Assembly (NCBI GenBank): GCA_951406725.2
Contig: OX597823.1
Span: forward strand, 95,852,001 to 95,916,000
DNA from: Octopus vulgaris
Lineage: Eukaryota
Length of the DNA: 64,000 nucleotides
Reading direction: 5' to 3'
Shown here: positions 13,290-28,106 of the stretch, piece by piece
Numbering within the stretch: position 1 is the stretch's first letter
Layout of the letters: the number at the start of each line of letters is the position of its first letter
Translations under genes and position numbers: made by a program
The notes under the pieces: generated by a model
What the model was told of the DNA's origin: nothing
Databases searched by the model: none
The model's input: the letters and a program-made list of their open reading frames with translations, nothing else

Positions 13290-13815
13290 TAGATATCTCT
13301 TGGCAGATAAAATGCTAGCACAAGAAATGAAAAGAGATGCAGTCATTGTTGTCACACCTGTGGAACACAGCGATTTAGAAATTGTCAACTTTCTAAATGC
13401 TGCAAGATCTTTTGTACACAAAGTTTGAATGAAATCAGAAACGTCTGAAGGAAATATTTCCATTGCATCAAAGAGAATAAAACCATTCTAAATGTTCAGA
13501 TGTTACATGAACACAAACAATTTCTCCAGTGAGTTCAAGTCATTACTGATAATGATCCTGAGAAATCAATGAAGGCCATCACCAAAGAACTTCAGGTGTC
13601 AGAGTGATCTATCAGAACTGTAGTGCAGAAGGACATTCAACAGAGCTTGGACACAGGGAGCAGAGACCAATTCATTATCTGCAAAGACACAGGAAAATTG
13701 TTTGATCCGTGTCAAGTAGTTACTTAACAAGGTTAACAAATCTTAAGAATATGGCTTTGGTTCTTCTTTGATGAGAAAAACTTCAACCAAGACCAAAAGT
13801 CTAATAAGAAAGGTC
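13290..13815 (+). mobile_element. Decayed Tc1/mariner (maT-like) transposase 5' fragment; related piece at ~14800-14915
   Basis: EMKRDAVIV..SDLEIVNFLNAARSFVHKV..DNDPEKSMKAITKELQVSE..DEKNFNQDQK, with stops. Confidence 0.75.
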
Positions 13816-14389
13816 AGTTATATAACTGTAATGAAGTTACAAGTTGAAAGGCCAGAAAATACTGGAGAAGGAAAACAGAACCAATATTCTCAATAAAACC
13901 CATAAAAATATGAATCTCAACATTTATTAACCAATATTGTCACATTATTATTAGTATTGAGAATAAAATAAATCAAAATCATATTGGTTTGATCACTACT
14001 ATAATGATCTTAAGTATGGGGAGTATTAAGAAAATGTTAAAAGAATGCATAAGAATTATAAAGGCCATGAGTGTTTATAAACAGATTATAACAAATTATA
14101 AAGAATTATAAAGTCTGTAACCAGGATCAAGCAAATAATATAAAGACATCACCTAAGGCTAGAAGCAAATTTAATGAAGTTATTAAATTAAATTATATAA
14201 AATTACAGTCAGTTGTTATCTGCCATTAGAACTAAGAGTAAACAAAAGTAGTTCAAATATGGTCAGTTCCATGTATTAACAGAATTAAGAGACACTGGGC
14301 AACATAAATGTAATACATGAATCTGATTACTAGTAATTAATGTCTATATTCTAGGGTGATAGATAAATATCTAGCACTTGGGGAAGATT

Positions 14390-14800
14390 TTAGAGAATCA
14401 GTTTAAAACACAAGGAACTTCTACAGATAGAATGAGGGCATTTGATCCTCAGTTCATCTGATCTTTTAATAAAATCACCCATGCATTTTAAGATTTCCAA
14501 CAATTCCAAATAGCAGAGATTGCAACTATGTCTATCACTAACATAAGGCTTAGTGTGTGTAGCAATGTCCCACATTAGACAACAATCAATATCTTTGTTC
14601 TATAACTCCCAGGTAATTGTGGAGAGTGATGTTCTTTTTGCTTTATCACTCCTAAATATATGAAGATGATTATGTAATCTTGATTTTAAAATGGAAGAAG
14701 TGAAATCTACATAAGCGAAAGTATGTGTATTAGTTTTAACACAACATTTATATACAATGTGTTTTGTTCAGGCATTTATTTCCCAATGGGAATTCAAATT
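14390..14800 (-). mobile_element. Penelope-like GIY-YIG endonuclease C-terminal fragment
   Basis: WDIATHTKPY..CNLCYLELLEIL..KRSDELRIKCPH matches the typical PLE C-terminus (CNLCLxEK..KRSEL..KCRH). Confidence 0.65.
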
Positions 14801-15579
14801 TCTTACAAATACATAATCAAGGTTGTCAACTTTCTAAATGCTGCAAGATCGTTTGTACACAAAGTCTGGGTGAAATTAGAAGCCTCTGAAGGGAACGTTT
14901 CAATTGTATCCCATTGGGATGGGAATATACAAACCCTACCATCATGCAGTAATCAGTTGTGTGTTAACCACTCAGCCACTCCATCTACACTTACATTACC
15001 ACAGTTATGCAGGTATGATAAACAGTGTCTCAAAATGGTTATACCCTTTATTTTTACTAATACTGCAGTTGTAGTTATTGCTGTAACCATTACTACAACT
15101 ATTTACACCAATACATTTTGTAGTACTACTGTAGTTGTTGTTGGTGTTTATATTATTACATGAATTGTTGAAACTGTGATAGTTCTTCCTCATACTAATT
15201 CCATACTTAATATCAGTGTTAACACAAATGCTCACATTATCTGTATAATTATCGCAATCCTAATCATCGTTACTATTCTCATAATTATTACCATTATCAT
15301 TATTGTTTTTATCATTATAATTTGCCTCACCACCATTATTATTGTCATCATTACCACTACCACTATTACTTTTGTTGCTGTACATTTATGCATATACACA
15401 ACCACATACATACATATATATATATGTGTGCTTTTGTAGTCATCTGACTCATCCAGACAAGCAGTGTCACCCTCTCCCAAATATTTGCTCACTTTGATTA
15501 TGGCAGCCAGTCCAACACCTGCCAGTATGGGAAGTAAAACAATGATTATGATGTGTGTGATTATATACATATATACATA

Positions 15580-16841
15580 CAGGGTGCGCTGAATGAATTG
15601 TCGTCTAAATCACTCAAAAATGAAAATAACAATGGCATCTCATTTTAACAGATACATTTACCAAAATTACAGAAAAATATTTTGAAATATTAATGAGTAA
15701 ATTTATTCAATAAAATAGCAATTGGCTTCAACCATGGCCTCCAGACGACTTTGGAATCTCCAGCAACTCTTCTGGATGACCTCCTTGTTTAAGTTGGTGA
15801 ATGCTGCCATAATCCTTGCCTTCACTACATCTTTGGTGTTACAAGGAGTTTTGTTGGTCTCTCGCTCAACTGCGCTCCACACATAATACAGTCTGGGGTG
15901 TTTAGTGGTCAGATGTTTAGGGGTGATATGGTTGCAGAAATTGTCTGAGAGCCACGACTGGATTCTCGTGCTTGTGTGGCATGATGCAGAGACCTGTTGT
16001 CAGACATTGGGTCTTCCAGCAGCCACTCTCTTGACCCAGGGTAGCACTACCTCCTCCAGGCACTTGATGAAGGCCTCCATGTTGAGTCTGAGGCCATGTG
16101 GGAAGATGAATGGAGGTGTAACATCACCATTACTAGTGATCACTCCAAACACCATGATGCTGATTGGATGTTTGGTTTTTATCATTCTTGGTACATATTT
16201 TGGGGACACAGCTAGCCAACGGTTGTTCTGTGTGTCCACCATCTGATCGTGGCAGAAATTTTTCTCGTCTGAGAAAAACCAGAGCTTGTTCAGTTGGAGG
16301 GGATGCTTGAGTTAGTTCAAAAGCTTCGTAGCATGGTCTTTCCTCTTGTCCTTGATGGCTTGGGATAAAAATTGTCCCTTTATCAACTTGTATGAGGAAC
16401 ACTGAATGTCTTCATGTACTACTTGCCTGATAAGAAACTCAGATACTCCCATCTTCCTGGCAGTAGACCTGATTGACTTGGAAGGATTGTTGTCAATCAT
16501 GGCCTGGTTCCCACCAACAAATTCAGTTCTTTTCTTATCAGAACAACCAGAGTGAGTTTTCCGAGCTGCCGTACCTTTGTAATCACCATTAGACTCATCC
16601 AACACTTTCTGAATCCTCTGCACTTTGAAATGTTCGTATTGGAGCTTCCAGCATGAATGCCAAACAGTACAGCATGTCGTTTCCAAATTTCTGGCAGAGT
16701 GAATTGTGTCAGTGATGTTTTGCTTATAGATGGTGCCCAACTGACCCAACTATACTGTGTAGTCAACAAAATCAAAAACAAACAATGTGCATACGAGAAA
16801 TTAAAAATGTAAAATAGCAACAATTTATCTGTCGCACCCTG
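15580..16841 (-). mobile_element. Near full-length defective Tc1/mariner (maT/DD37D-like) transposon
   Basis: TIRs cagggtgcg..aattgt at both ends, flanked by TA (15578-79, 16842-43). Transposase pieces: DNNPSKSIRS, FFSDEKNF, MVFGVITSNGDVTPPFIF. Confidence 0.92.
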
Positions 16842-16859
16842 TATGTATATATATATATA

Positions 16860-17755
16860 TTGTGTCATCCCATAAATAATGCAGGCTTTTTATACTTCTT
16901 TTATTTTTCAAAATTAAGATAAACAAAGTTTTGTTTTCATCTCAAATATATTCTCCTTCCTTTTCTACAATGCTCTTCCATCTATCTGGTAGACTTGCAA
17001 GAGCCCTCTTCCAAAATTCACTTGTCAGTGATGAAAAATACTCCTCCAGCACTGTTCTGACTTCGTCTACAGAATTCATATTTTTTCCATCCAAATGATT
17101 TTGAAGAATAAATGATAATCAGATGGAGCAATATCTGATGAATATGGTGGGTGGGTCATCATTTCCTATTCAAACTGCTCCAGCCTTTGGAATATCATCC
17201 TCACTGTATGTGGCCAAACGCTATCCTGATGGAAGAACACCTTGAAACCAAAAATGGTCAGCTTTCTTCTGGCGCTGACTTGAATGACTGGTTGAATGAT
17301 CAAATCCAAACTTCTCTGCAAGTTCTTCAACAGTTACGATGGGATTTTGCTCCACCAGGGTTTGCAAGACACACTTGTTGAGCTCTACAGATCTTTCAGG
17401 ACAAGGCTCATCTTTTAGGCTGTAGTTTCCAGCTTGAAATTTCTGGAACCATCGTTGACACTGGCTTACGCTTATTGTCTAGTCCCCATATACTGCATTA
17501 ATATTCCTTGCACTTTCCATTGCATTGTTGCTTTTAATGAACTCATAAAGCAAAATAAGCCAAATATGCTCCTTTTCCACTTCCATTATAACTTTGAAAA
17601 CATAACTGCACTCCTCAAAACTTGCACTAAGAATAAATACAAGGTAAAATTACTACCTGCTTTTATAGCAAGTTGATGCAGGTAGTTTATCCTGTCCCTC
17701 TCTGACTTTTAGTTCATGCAATTGAAAAAATCACATTATTTATGGCTTGACCCTA
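16860..17755 (-). mobile_element. Internally deleted mariner element with both TIRs
   Basis: TIRs ttgtgtcatcccataaataatg and cattatttatggcttgacccta, both set in TA tracts. The minus strand carries a decayed HPPYSSDIAPSDYH motif. Confidence 0.85.
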
Positions 17756-18494
17756 TATATATATAATATATATATATATATCATCATCATCATCGTTTAA
17801 CGTCTGCTTTCCATACTGGCATGAGTTGGACGGTTTGACTGAGGACTGGCAAGCTGGGAGGCTGCACCAGGCTCCAATCTGATCTGACAAGGTTTCTACA
17901 GCTGGACACCCTTCCTAACGCCAACCATTCTGAGAGTGTAGTGGGTGCTTTTTACATGCCACTAGCATGGAAGCCAGTCAAGCAGAACTGGCATCAACCA
18001 CAATCAAATGGTGCGTTTTACGTGCCACTCGCTTGGGTGCCAGTCAAGTGACACTGGCATTGCTGATGCTCAAATGGAGCTTTTTATGTGCCACCTGGCA
18101 TGGGTGCCAGTCAGACGGCACTGGCATTGGCCACGACTATGATTTCACTTGGCTCAACAGGTCTTCCCAAGCACTGCATATTGCCTGACAGTTGAAAGGG
18201 TAATTTTAAATGGGCCAGTTATGTAACACTGGAATTGGCCACGGTTATGATCTCACTTGGCTTGTCAGGTCTTCTCAAGCACTGCATATCTCCAAAGGTC
18301 TTGGTTGCTTGTCACTGCCTCTTTGAGACAGACAGATAGGTAGATTTACACACGCACACATCTATATATATATATACATGCTTATATATGTGTGTCATCC
18401 TCATTATTTAACGTCCACCTTCCATGCTGTCCTGGGTTGATCGATTTGAAAGGAGCTAGCCAGGCAGAAGACTGCACCATACTCCTGTGTATGC

Positions 18495-18547
<53 letters not shown>

Positions 18548-18658
18548 AAGTTTTATGGTCGTAACTTCAACCGTGCCGTGTCTGTTGTGAATTTTGCTAC
18601 CCAGGTATTGGTTATCTTTCGAATTATCCGTAATAAGATAATTCATTTGTCTACTTAA

Positions 18659-18700
<42 letters not shown>

Positions 18701-21700
18701 TATCATCATCATCATCATCATTTAATGTCCATTTTCCATGCTAGTATGGGTTGGGTGGTTCGACCGGGGTCTGGTAAGCCATGGAGGCTGCACCAGGCTC
18801 CAGTCTGGTTTGGCAGTGTTTCTACAGCTGGATGCCCTTCCTAACGCCAACCACTCTGTGAGTGTAGTGGGTGTTTTTTACATGCCACCGGCACAGGGGC
18901 CAGAGGAGGCTGGCAAACGGCCACACACACACACATATATATATACACACACACACATATACAGACACACACACACATACACATTCATTTATGTACATGC
19001 ATGGCTCAGACAAAATTTGTCGAATCTGATTTTCTATAGCTGGATGCCCTTGCTGTATCAAACCCTCACCTCTTCCAAGTAATTTATCTTGAAGGCTGGA
19101 CATGTAGACATGTAAGACTAGAGGTAAACAACACTGCTTGTATGACAGAGACGCTCGACTACGAATGTCATGTGACATTAGAACAATGAACACATATGTA
19201 CACATCTTTTATCTTTTACTGGTTTCAGTCATTAGACTGTGGCCATGCTGGGGCAAAACCTTGAAGAGTCTTTTAGTCAAATTAATTGACTCCAGGATTT
19301 ATATATATATTTTTTAAGCCAGGCACTTATTCTATCAGTGTCTTTTGACAAACTGCCAAGTTATGGGGATGTAAACATACCAACACAAGTTGTCAAGTGG
19401 TAGTAGGGGACAAATACAGGCACAAAGAGCCCACACACACATGACAAGTTTCTTTCAGTTTCCATCTAGCAGATCTGGGGCTGTAGTAAAGACACTTGCC
19501 GAAGGTGCCATGCAGTGGGATTGACTCTGGAGCCATGCAGTTAAAAAGTAAGCTTCTTACCACACATCCACACCTGTGCCTATATAAATATTGATGACTG
19601 TTTATTATGCAATGTCAAGAATAGGAGAAACACCTGCCTTTCACACACACATAACACAGATATACATATATACATACATACATATATATAATCAAAATAA
19701 GCAACAAGGATATCCAAGGTAGTGTAGTACAATCGTTTCATGCTACTTCATTTTATTAAACAATGTAAGTATTACATCAGTTATCAGTTTTGAAATGTAA
19801 AGCAATCTTCAACCACATCTAGAATTTTTTTAATTAAATGGACAATGTACATTTTTATACTTATTTCATTTGCCAACATTACAAAGAGGGTAGATATATT
19901 CATCTGAATTTAAATTTTGATGAACTTATACACACACACACACTTATATAGACACACTAGGATCTTCTATCAGTTTCTGTCTGCCAAATCCACTTACAAT
20001 CATCATATTGGCCCAGGGCTATTGTATAAGACACTTGACCAAGGTGCCACACAGTGGGACTGAACTCGGAACCACATGGTTGGGATGTGAACTTCTGAAC
20101 CACACAACTATGCATGCACTTAAGTCAAATAGTTTTGTGTGTGCGTGTGTCTGTGTGAGTGCACACATATGTGTATGTTGTATGTATGTGCATGTGTGTG
20201 TGTGTGTGTGTGTGTGTGCATCTGCATACATCTGTGTGTGTGTGAATGTGTGACTATGTATCTGTGCGTATCTGAGTGTGTGTGTGTGTGTGTGTATGTG
20301 TGTGTGTGTGTCCGTGTCCATATGTCGATGTGTTTGTGTGTATGTCACACAACCAATGATACCATTAATCTTTCCTTTTAGCTTCCAATAAATTCCAGAA
20401 AATACTTTTCTCCTGCTACGACAGAATAAGAAATTGCAAATGAGAAGTGTCCAACATCCCAGCACACTTCTGTGCGTATGTGTGTGTGTGCGTGCCAGTG
20501 TTTATGCATGGCAGTGATGTGACTGGATACTCATGTGATAGTATGTCTGTATATGCATGTATATGTATACACACATACACACACACACACGAAAACATAC
20601 GAGTGCATATTTGTGTTTGTGTATCTGTGTGCAAACATTTGCATGTGTTCATGCACGCATGCGCATGTCCCAGGTTGTATGTGTTATTAGCAAAAACTAT
20701 GAAGTCGTGGTAGGCATTCACAAACCCAAATATACAAAACGATGGTTCAACTCCATGGTGCACCATTCCACTTGACTTGTTCCTTGCACCAGCAATTTCT
20801 AAACACAGACAATAACTCGAAGAGGGATGGGCTTCGCTCAGCCAATTCTTTCTTCTCAACACACAACACGAACACAAAGACTTCAAGGCTGACCTGTCAA
20901 GCTATTGATAATTATACAACTGTTCTATTGATATATATACAATTGAAATGACTAAGTCAATATGGATTGAATGTACTCAGCTCATACACAAGTTCATAAC
21001 CGATGCAGACATTTTGTTGTGGCTTTGTTTGTGGCTCACAATTATATACATTGCTGATGTGTGAATATTGCGGGTAAGATTTACCACATTATCTGATGCT
21101 TGCAGTACAAAACTGGTGGCCTATGAAAAGTAGCAATTCATTTCACATCTGCTGAATGTGGTTCTGAATCTAGAGACATGAAACAAAATTTAGGAGTGTC
21201 TGAGTCATATGAAACCTCACAAGTCGGTTTTTATTATTTTTCTGGTTTTAACTCCAAAAGAAAAATACTAAAATATTTTGCTGTGACCTAATAACATCAT
21301 CATTTAAGATCTGCTTTCCATGCTGGCATGGGTTGGATAGTTTGACAGGAGATGGCAAGGTTGGAGAGTCGCACCAGATTCCATCATCTGTTTTGGTTTG
21401 GTTTGTATAGTCGGATGCCCTTCCTAATGCCAACCACTTTACAATGTGTACTGGGTGTATTTTACGTGGTATCAGCACCAGTGCTTTTTACGTGGTACCA
21501 TCAATTTATATGACACTATGGCTTTAGGACCTAATAATAATAATCATTATCATTATTTAACACCTACTTTCCATGCTGGCATGGGTTGGATGGTTTGACT
21601 GACGACTGGGGAGCCAGAAGGCTGCACCAGGCTCCAATCTGATCTGGCAAAGTTTCTACAGCTGGATGCCCTTCCTAATGCAAACCACTCCAAGAGTGTA

Positions 21701-22443
21701 GTGAGTGCTTTTACGTGCCATCAGTACAAGGGCCAGTGAGGTGGTTCTGGCATCGGCCATGCTCAAATGGTGCTTTTTACATGCCACCTGCACAGGAGCC
21801 AGTCAGGCAACAACCACGCTTGAAGGGTACTTTTTACGTGCCACCGGCACGGGAGCCAGTCTGGTGGCATTGGCAATGATCACACTCGAATGGTGCTTTT
21901 AATGTTCCACTTAAAGGAAGGAGGTAAGTCGACTACACTGGCCTCAGGGCTCATTTAATCAACCCCAAAAGAATGAAAGGCAAAGATGACCTCAGTGGAA
22001 TTTGAACTCAGAATGTAAAGAGCTGGAAAAAATGCTGCTGAACATTCATTCCAACGCTGTAACAATTCTACCATTATGTCTTTATAGCAATTCTATCTTG
22101 GAAAAATAACATCATGAAGAACACACAAAACCTCTTATAAGCAGTTTGAAGCATTAAATCTGTCATCCGACTGCTACGACCTCATCACTGACGCAGTTCC
22201 ATCTGCAAAGGAACCAAATTGTGTGGGTAGGACAAAAATAATGACATCTCACAAACTAAATGCAAAATGAATATAACAAGATTTTGTGTGCGTTCGTGTG
22301 TCCTAAAACTGGCTAAAATAGTTCCTCCAAAACATAATTGTTCCATTTTAACACATGTTCTCAGAGCAAGTCACTTGTTACACAGGTGCAACTCTGAGCG
22401 AATATGTGTGTATATGATATATACATATATACACACACATATA

Positions 22444-22494
<51 letters not shown>

Positions 22495-24479
22495 ATACAT
22501 CATAGTTGTTTCAACATCCACTTTTCCATGCTAGCATGGGTTGGACAGAATTTGTTGAGGCAGATTTTCTATGGCCGGATGCCCCTCCTGTGGCTAACCC
22601 TCACATTTCCTCATGACCAGACATGTTTCCACATTGTGTGATAGCGATGCTTGTTTACAATTTCATGTGATGTCAAGACAAGGAGACAAAAAAGTTATAG
22701 TAGAAGACACTTGCCCAAGGTGCCACGCAGTGGGATTGAACCCGGAACTATGTGGTTGGGAAGTAAGCCTCTTAACCACACAACCAAACATTTTTGAAAC
22801 AATAATTGGAAATAGGAGAAGTAGAGTTCATAACCTTTGCAGACACCCCCCACCCCCAACCTACTTTCCTAAACATTCTGACTGGTTGATATGACTGATG
22901 ACTAAACTAAACACCTGCAGGACAATGTCTGCAGGAAGACTGTGAGTGGAGAACCACAACTAGAAGGCTGCTACAAAGGTTTGCAACAAAGTGGCAGGAC
23001 GCGGAGATATGGGGGGTTCTTTCCTATACAGGATCCATCCAACCTATGCCAGCCTGGAAAATGGACGTTAAATGATGATGATGATGATGACTCATGTAAA
23101 GAATAAGCAGTATACTAGGCTTAACATCATCATCATCGTCGTCGTCATTTAACATCTGCTTTCCATGCTGGCATGGGTTGGATGGTTTGACTGAGGGGTG
23201 GCAAACCAGGAGGCTGCACCAGGCTCCAATCTGATCTGGCAAGGTTTCTATATCTGCCTGCCCTTCCTAACACCAACTGCTCCAAGAGTGTAGTGGGTGC
23301 TTTTTATGTGCCACCGGCATGGAGGCCAGGCAGGCAGTACTAGCATCAGCCACGCTTGAATGGTGCTTTTTACGTGCCACTGGCACAGGACCAGTCAGTA
23401 TATATTACATACATACATACACACACACACAGAGAAAATGTCTACATATATAGCTTTTATATTTTACTTGTTTCAGTGATTAGAGTGAGACCATACTGGA
23501 GTACTACCTTGAGGAATTTTAGTCAATTGAATTAACCCCAGTACTTATATTTTTTTTAAGCCTCATACTTATTCTATCTATCCTATCTGCCAAACTGCTA
23601 AGTTATGGGGATGTAAACACACCAAAATCAAGTGGTGGAGTGGGACATAACCCAGACACACATAAATATTTGTGTGTGTGTGTGTGTGTGTGTGTACACA
23701 CACACATGCTGAACTTCTTTTAGTTCTAGTCTATGAAATCCACTCAAAAAGCTTGGTTGACTCAAGGTTACAGTAGGAGATACTTGCCCAAGGTGACATG
23801 CAGTGGGACTGAATGCAGAACCATGTGGGTGGGAAGAAAACTTCTTACCACACAGCAACTCTTGTGCCCATACATATTTGTGTGCATGTGTGTGTGTGTG
23901 TATGCATATGTGTGTGAGTGTTACTACCGCCTTGCCTCATGACTGTTCAATAAATGAATGTCTCTCTCGTGCAAGCAATGTCCTGTGTTTCCAATCTGCA
24001 GTTAACATGTGTCTGGCCATGGAGAAATATCACTTCTCTTGGAAACAAGTGAGGAATGGTGACAGGAAGAGCATTTGGCTGTAGGATATCTGTCCTGACA
24101 AGTTCTGTCTGACCCATGCAAGCATGGAAAAGTGGACGTTAAAAATGATGATGTTGATATATCATCATTTTTAATGTCCACCTTCTCATGCTGGCATGGG
24201 TCAGACAGAATTTGTTGGGGCAGATTTTCTACAGATGGATGCCCTTCATGTTACCAAGCCTAACCTGTTTCCAAGCAAGGTGAGACTTCCCCCATGGCCA
24301 GACACATTTTACATGGAAGACTGGGAAAGAACAACACCTCTTGTATGACAATGATGCTCATTTACAACTATCATGATATCAAGACAAAGGTACAAACCCA
24401 TACACACACACACACAATCATATACATGGAGGGCTTCTTCCAGTTTCCTACTACCGAATCCACTCATTAGATTTTTGAC

Positions 24480-25800
24480 TACAAAAACAGGTTTGCCAAT
24501 GATCTACAGTGTGAGGACTAGAAGCATGAAGTGTTCTGGATTGTAAGATGGTATATCAGAGGAAATAGAGACACTGCGAGAGAGAAGTGTGCATGGATGA
24601 ATAATAGCACACTTTAATGATTCTGGAAAGAAAAAAGGCACAGAAGTGCCCTGAAAGGTTATAAAATGTAGAGAATGGGTGAAAGAGGGCCTTCCCAACA
24701 GAATTTTAACAGGGAAAGTCCCCGGCTAATCAAGGATTGCCACTGAGATATTTAGAATATCTAGGAGGATGGATACTGTCAAGTCACTTGTATCGGAAAC
24801 AATCAGGTTGTTCAGAAAGGTGTCATAGTTTACAAGTAGTGTAGCAGCATCATAGTCAGGTGTTTGTAAAGGAAACAGCTTAGAAAGAATTCCAAGTATA
24901 TCAAATAGCTGGACCAGATGATGAGAGTTGCAAAAAGAGTTTTAGTTTAACTAATTAGGAAAATAATTAGACTAGATGAGATGCAGAGTTTGGTTGTGTG
25001 CTTGAAAAATGTATTTCCAATGTTCCCTTCCTGGTGTTGCAACTGCAGGGAAAATATTTAACATTCACCAATCTGGAAAAAGCCTTTAATGGGGACCTTT
25101 GCTTTGTGAACTGGTGGTTACTGAGGAAGCTAGGAGTAGATGAAAGGCTTATGAAAGCCCTTCAAGCCATGTACAAAGATGCTCTCTATAAGGTGGGAGC
25201 AACGATTACAGCATCCAATTCATGCACAGGTGGAGATCCATTAGGTCTCGGTTCTCGGTATCCTTCTATTCATCATTGTTCTCTAGGCCAAAACAAAGGA
25301 ATTTAAGACCAGTTGCTCTTGGGAACTACTGTATTTTGAATTACTTTGTTCATATAGTAGAATCTGTAGTAGAATTGGAAAAGAGATTCCAGACATGGGA
25401 GAAAAATCTAGAATCAAAAGGCCTCAATGATAGCTTAAGCTTAAAGATAGTTACTCGATAATGAGATGCAGGCCCTGAATGCTGAAGACTTGCTATGACT
25501 AGAAAAAAACTAAGCTACTATGCTCCATTGGATTTTTAACGCCAGAGTGCATGAATGACAAAGTACAAATATGTTGAGAAAATAACTGAGAACAAGAGGA
25601 ATCAGATGTATTGTGCAGGAAAACCGACTGCACTGGTATGGATGTGTGACATATATGGATAGGGGCAGTTATATAAAGACGTGCCGGTGACTTAATGTGG
25701 ATGGGAGCTTGTAGAAGAGGGAAACCCTAGAAGACAGGCAAAGAGTTGTGCTAATATGTAGGTGGTCCAGAAAACTCAAATCTCAAAAGGTGAGAAATGA
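24480..25800 (+). mobile_element. Highly decayed RTE LINE ORF2 (RT) fragment
   Basis: LDEMQ, LEKAFN, LRKLGVDE, LESKGL and RLHWYG motifs with many stops and frameshifts. Confidence 0.8.
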
Positions 25801-26149
25801 GAAGTTGTGGCATTTATGCTTCTCTCAAGTATAAAAACCGATGATTGATAATAAAAATAAATAGTTAAACGCAAAAAAGAAATTAATTCTGGTATGAGAA
25901 CCACCAAAATTCAAGAGACTGTTTGTTTTTGCTTGCTGTTAGTGTGTGTGTGTTCTATTTCGTATCAAATCAGCTCCGGGGGAGCAGATAGATAAGCTTT
26001 AGCATTCTAATACTGATCTTGCTGGGGTTTTTTTCCTTCCCATTTGTCATAGAGTATTTAGAACATTATCATCAAGCGTATCCTCTTTATCAGAAGCTAC
26101 GGTGTAATATGAACAGGGACGTAGCTGTTATTTCTAGCAGCTTATAGAG

Positions 26150-26860
26150 GCTTCTGGTCCATGAGCATCGAAAATGCACGTTTAGATGGCAAGAAAAGCG
26201 AACTCCAATACCGGTCTCTATGGAATCGTTGTAAGCAAAACAGGAAAGAAAGAAGAAATACCACCGACCCCCTCATATGAACAGGCGTGTCATAAACAAT
26301 GACGCTTCGCCTCTTCCATAACGTCAGTTACCGCGAGATTTTTCCGCTAGTGTGACTCATGAAACATGTATAACGTTCACTGTAACAAATCTTACGGAAG
26401 CCCAACGTTGTAGCAACATTTTTGAAACTTCTTTTCCTAGGTTTAATAATAATGAGCTTATTGTAATAGAGCGGTGAGGTGCACTGTAGCTCACCAGAAA
26501 AGGTTAAAAGAGGAGGCTGAGAGAGGAGACAGCAATAAAAGCCAGAATAAAGTGAATAAAATAAAACACCAAAAGACAGAAAAGTGGATATTAAAAGAGG
26601 AGGAAAAACTGCGAAAACTTACTAGAAATAGTGTTGGCGATTTTAAGGAAGCATTGAGCTTTTGAAGGATGAAGTGTCCTGACGGTCAACAGCAAATGCG
26701 TGGAATTTATTCCATATTTCGACAATTGTAAACACGAAAGAAACGTTTGCGAAGTCCCTATCATTTATTCATTTCTTTTTCTTCCCGCTCGACACCGAAC
26801 ACTTGTTTTCTTTTAGGAGTTCATTTGTTCGGCTTAATTAATAAAGGCCGAAGCTAAACA
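26150..26860. promoter_or_regulatory. CpG-retaining, promoter-like unique region
   Basis: Visibly CpG-rich relative to the flanks. Contains ACGTCA (26321, CRE-like), CCGCGAGA (26331), TGACTCA (26353, AP-1) and CGGAAG (26395, ETS). Confidence 0.4.
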
Positions 26861-28070
26861 CAAGTAGCATTGATTCAAATGTTTCCCTTTTAAAAGCTCA
26901 ACGGAACAAAATGGAAATAATAGTTTTTTTTGTTGTTGTTGTTTTACTTATTATTCTAGTATAGTATCGTCCACACTTTGCTAGAATGATTATTGAAATA
27001 TTCAGTCGTCCTTAACTTTATGGGTGTTTTTATTATTTTAATATTTACTCCGAAACAGTAAAAGGTAAACTAGACACCAAGGGTCGTAAATAAATACTTC
27101 AGACCTTGTGTCCAACGATACTGCTGACTTAGCTTATATATTTCAATTGGGACTTTAAACCTACAAGTAGCTGAGCAAATTATTTCAGCCACTTTTTAAA
27201 CCCTTACACCCTCCACTGAATCGTAAGTTAGACACGAGGGTGGGAACCTTCACGTAGTCGTCTGAATTGCTAGAAATAGTAACGAAATCTCATTCAAATC
27301 ATATCCTACCGTGAAAAAAAAGGACAATGGATAATGTAAAACAGAGTACATTGTGATCACAGCTGTATTGTTTTTAGTCGTTGATCCTCTCAGTGAAAGA
27401 TAAGCTAAATAACGACAAACTTAAGCGCTTGAGACACTTATAACTAAACAAGATAGACATAATGCCTTTTGTTAGTTCTAAGTGACTGTTTGTTGTGTGA
27501 ACTATTCTGAATTAATGGTGCTGTGTTTGTCTTTGTGTTCTGAACAGCACTCCATCCTTTAAGCACAAACAAATAGATTTAACAAGAACTGTTGATGAAA
27601 CCTGCCTTGACTCAATGTACCCAACACAGCAAATCCTTAGATAGCGACAGGAGCAATAAGATCTCAGACAACTTTCAGACCTTTGGGAATTAGCTTTAGG
27701 TCTACGTGTGTGTATGTATATCGTCATCATCATCATCGTTTAACATCTGCTTTCCATCCTGGCATGGGTTGGACGGTTTGACTGAGGACTGGCAAGCCAA
27801 GGGGCTGCACCAAACTGCAATCAGATTTGGCAAGGTTTAACAGCTGGATGCCCTTCCTAACACCAACCACTCTGAGAGTGTAGTGGGTGCTTTTTACGTG
27901 CCACCAGCACAGGGGCCAGTCAGGCAGCACTGGCATGTATGTATATATATATATATATGTGTGTGTGTGTTTAAATCTATGTATTTATACGAATAATATA
28001 TAGTCTATTGACTAGTTTTCTACATGCTAGGCCACCGACAGTAAAAAATTTCTAAAATTTTTTCCTTACC

Positions 28071-28102
<32 letters not shown>

Positions 28103-28106
<4 letters not shown>

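Noticed and set aside
20700-21180. Unique sequence with short ORFs on both strands
   Set aside because: No recognisable domain or consistent splice sites.
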